Origin: Gammaproteobacteria bacterium | Lineage (GTDB): Bacteria > Pseudomonadota > Gammaproteobacteria > Eutrophobiales > Eutrophobiaceae | Assembly: GCA_028819495.1 (NCBI GenBank) | Contig: JAPPLI010000149.1 | Coordinates: forward strand, 153 to 64,152 | Direction of reading: 5' to 3' | DNA: 64,000 nt | In this document: piece after piece, positions 62,191 through 64,000 of the stretch | How the letters are laid out: each line of letters begins with the position of its first letter | How positions within the stretch are numbered: the first letter of the stretch is position 1 | Made by a program: the position numbers and the translations under genes | Notes under the pieces: model-generated | What the model saw: only the letters and a program-made list of their open reading frames with translations | What the model was told of the DNA's origin: nothing | Databases searched by the model: none

Positions 62191-62979
62191 TCAGCAAGGC
62201 ACACCGGCGATGCGTCCGCCGTCGACTATCATGCAATGGCCGTGTACGTAGCTGGCCAGTTCCGATACCAGGAACAGCACTACGTTGGCGATCTCTTCCG
62301 GTTCGGCGATGCGGCCCAGGGGTATTCCTTCTTTGGCTTCCTTGAGGAATTCGGGATCTGACCAGTATTCCTCGATCATGGGAGTCCTGACCCAGCCGGG
62401 CGCAATGGCATTGATCCGGATCCCTGTTTCCGACAGTTCCCTGGCAAGATATGCGGTGAGCTTTACCAGGTTCATCTTGGAGATACCGTAGGGTCCTTCA
62501 TCCGCGATCACGTCAAACGCGCTGTCGGATGCGATGGTGACGATATTACCGGATCCCTGTTTGACCATGCTGGGTACAATGCGCTGGCACAGGCGTAAAC
62601 AACTCTTGAAATTCACGTTCTGGACCATGTCCCAGTCCGCTTCGCTTATTTTCAGCAAGGGATCAGGATAACGGTGGATGGCTGCAACATTCACCAGCAC
62701 GTCGATGGATCCGAATTCCTCGCAGGCACGCTCTGTCAGTGCATCAATCTGCTCGGCGGCGGAAAGGTCAGCGAAGACCGTTGTAACCGGTTGCCCCAGA
62801 CTCTCTATGGATTGCCTGGTCTGGGTCAGCCTGCCTGACTCGGTCTCCCGATCGGTAAGAACAATGGATGCCCCCTGTTGCGCCAGGGTAATAGCCACTG
62901 CCCTGCCGATACCACCGGCGGCGCCGGTGACCAGGGCAACTTTGGCCTCCTGGGAAAGGGGGTTGACGGGACTGTTCAT
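62191..62979 (-). CDS. short-chain dehydrogenase/reductase (SDR)
   Basis: It has TGAAGGIG and YGISK motifs. Confidence 0.9.
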   Translation of the reverse strand: MNSPVNPLSQEAKVALVTGAAGGIGRAVAITLAQQGASIVLTDRETESGRLTQTRQSIESLGQPVTTVFADLSAAEQIDALTERACEEFGSIDVLVNVAAIHRYPDPLLKISEADWDMVQNVNFKSCLRLCQRIVPSMVKQGSGNIVTIASDSAFDVIADEGPYGISKMNLVKLTAYLARELSETGIRINAIAPGWVRTPMIEEYWSDPEFLKEAKEGIPLGRIAEPEEIANVVLFLVSELASYVHGHCMIVDGGRIAGVPC

Positions 62980-62990
62980 CTATTGCTCAT

Positions 62991-64000
62991 CTATTGTTCG
63001 GGCACGGCAAAAATGCCATCCGCAAAGGCCTGTGTGATCTCACCATAGGGCGCGCAGACGGACATCTTCAGGGGATTGTCCTGGGAACAGTTGTACACGG
63101 TCTTGGAATGGGAATAATTGTCAAATCCCTGCGGGCCGCCATGGCACCCGATACCGCTGGACCCAATCCCGCCGAAGGGCGCGGTCGGTTCCGCTGCCTG
63201 GAAACCGAAGACATTGATGCCGGCGCCACCTGAAACAATACGGCGCTTGAATTGCTCGACCATTTCCGGCTCGCGGGCCATGGTCACAAGGTAAGAAGCC
63301 AGGGGCCGCTCGCGGCTGTTAATATAGGCATAGGCCTCGTCCAGGGTGTTGTAGGTCCTCACGGGCGTAACAGGACCAAAAGTTTCTTCACGCATGACTT
63401 CCAGGTCATCTGAAGGGTTCACCACCAGGTACATCGGGATTTGGCGCCGTTCACGGTCCGGTTCTTCATCGCTGAGGTTAACCACCTGGACGCCGTTGTT
63501 CCTCGCTTCTTCCAGGGATTTGATTATACGGTCATAATGGCGTTCATTGATGATACCGGTTACATCAGGATGGCCGATATAGGTGGGATAGGCTTCCTTC
63601 CATACCTTCCCGGCCAGTTCCAGCCAGGTATCCAGCGAGCCTTCTGGTACCAGGGCATAGTCAGGGGAGGTACAGATTTGTCCATTCTTGCAGAACTTGA
63701 AGCTCAGGTATTCCTTGATCAGTTGCTCGTCGACTCCGTCTTCAAGGAAAATAGTCGGATTCTTGCCGCCCAGTTCCAGGGTCACAGGAGTCAGGTTCTT
63801 TGCCGCCGCCTGCATGACCAGCCGTCCCACATTGGTATTCCCCGTGTAGGTCAGGTGGTCCCAGCGTAACTGGGAGAAATACTCGGAAAATTCAACGTCG
63901 CCGACAACAACGGCCAGCACGTCTTCCGGAAAATACTTACCGACACTCGCCCGGATAAGGTCTGCGGTTACCGGGGCCAGTTCAGACATCTTTACGATAA
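62991..64000 (-). CDS. aldehyde dehydrogenase family protein, C-terminal part (the gene continues beyond the right edge)
   Basis: It has the ELGGKNP motif and a catalytic-Cys region KNGQICTSPDY. The open frame continues to position 64000, so the listed Met at 63989 is internal. Confidence 0.85.
   Translation of the reverse strand, partial: IVKMSELAPVTADLIRASVGKYFPEDVLAVVVGDVEFSEYFSQLRWDHLTYTGNTNVGRLVMQAAAKNLTPVTLELGGKNPTIFLEDGVDEQLIKEYLSFKFCKNGQICTSPDYALVPEGSLDTWLELAGKVWKEAYPTYIGHPDVTGIINERHYDRIIKSLEEARNNGVQVVNLSDEEPDRERRQIPMYLVVNPSDDLEVMREETFGPVTPVRTYNTLDEAYAYINSRERPLASYLVTMAREPEMVEQFKRRIVSGGAGINVFGFQAAEPTAPFGGIGSSGIGCHGGPQGFDNYSHSKTVYNCSQDNPLKMSVCAPYGEITQAFADGIFAVPEQ

Noticed and set aside
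1-64000. A search for rRNA, tRNA, CRISPR arrays, IS elements or transposases, integrases and prophage genes.
   Set aside because: I recognised none. There is no regularly spaced direct-repeat array, no tRNA-like cloverleaf in the few intergenic regions longer than 150 nt, and no DDE, tyrosine or serine recombinase-like ORF. This was visual inspection only, so small or degenerate elements could have been missed.

Overview
This 64-kb window looks like chromosomal DNA from a moderately GC-rich, probably marine Gammaproteobacteria-type organism; that taxonomy is inferred only from gene content such as DUF1302/DUF1329/RND sets, TonB-dependent uptake and a sulfatase. It is almost wholly coding, with about 60 CDS. 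I found no rRNA, tRNA, CRISPR array, transposase or integrase. Left to right the content is:

- **1-10.1 kb, minus strand.** A catabolic operon of hydantoinase/oxoprolinase HyuB-HyuA, an MFS transporter, a TPP enzyme, a EutB-like PLP dehydratase, a EutC-like ornithine cyclodeaminase and two SDRs. A LuxR-type regulator is transcribed divergently.
- **11.6-16.6 kb.** An acyl-CoA dehydrogenase / APH-type kinase / SDR module (Lva- or ACAD10/11-like), plus a long acyl-CoA dehydrogenase.
- **16.6-17.2 kb.** An AT-rich parDE toxin-antitoxin islet.
- **17.3-21.6 kb.** A pxpA - BCCP - biotin carboxylase - pxpB - pxpC cluster.
- **41.6 down to 21.7 kb.** About 20 kb of unbroken minus-strand genes. The order is DUF1329-like protein, RND/MMPL-like transporter, DUF1302-like barrel, CoxG, a three-subunit molybdenum hydroxylase, two Rieske oxygenases, an SDR and two unknown proteins. 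It continues with a NicX-like 2,5-dihydroxypyridine dioxygenase, a NicD-like hydrolase, maleate isomerase, a TorF-type porin, butyrate kinase and phosphotransbutyrylase. I read this as an undescribed pyridine-ring (N-heterocycle) catabolic island.
- **41.9-47.8 kb.** A LacI regulator operon (cupin, PNPOx-like, GATase1-like, LacI), transcribed divergently from nadV-HAD-SnoaL.
- **47.8-54.6 kb.** An AOR-family aldehyde:ferredoxin oxidoreductase, then ExbB-ExbD-ExbD followed by a protein with a TonB-like N-terminus fused to a VWA domain, and a large secreted helical-repeat protein. This is my best candidate for a novel PMF-driven envelope system.
- **54.8-64 kb.** A secreted nucleoside-hydrolase-like protein, an orphan ribose-binding-type lipoprotein and a solitary AAA_14/DUF4143-type ATPase next to a relic of a second parDE locus. 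Then come a sulfatase, a TonB-dependent receptor, an SDR and a truncated aldehyde dehydrogenase.

A shared operator-like motif, TAGAAnCGnTTCTA, recurs in three AT-rich control regions and may tie several of these units into one LacI-type regulon. All family calls come from reading motifs by eye. No database search was run.
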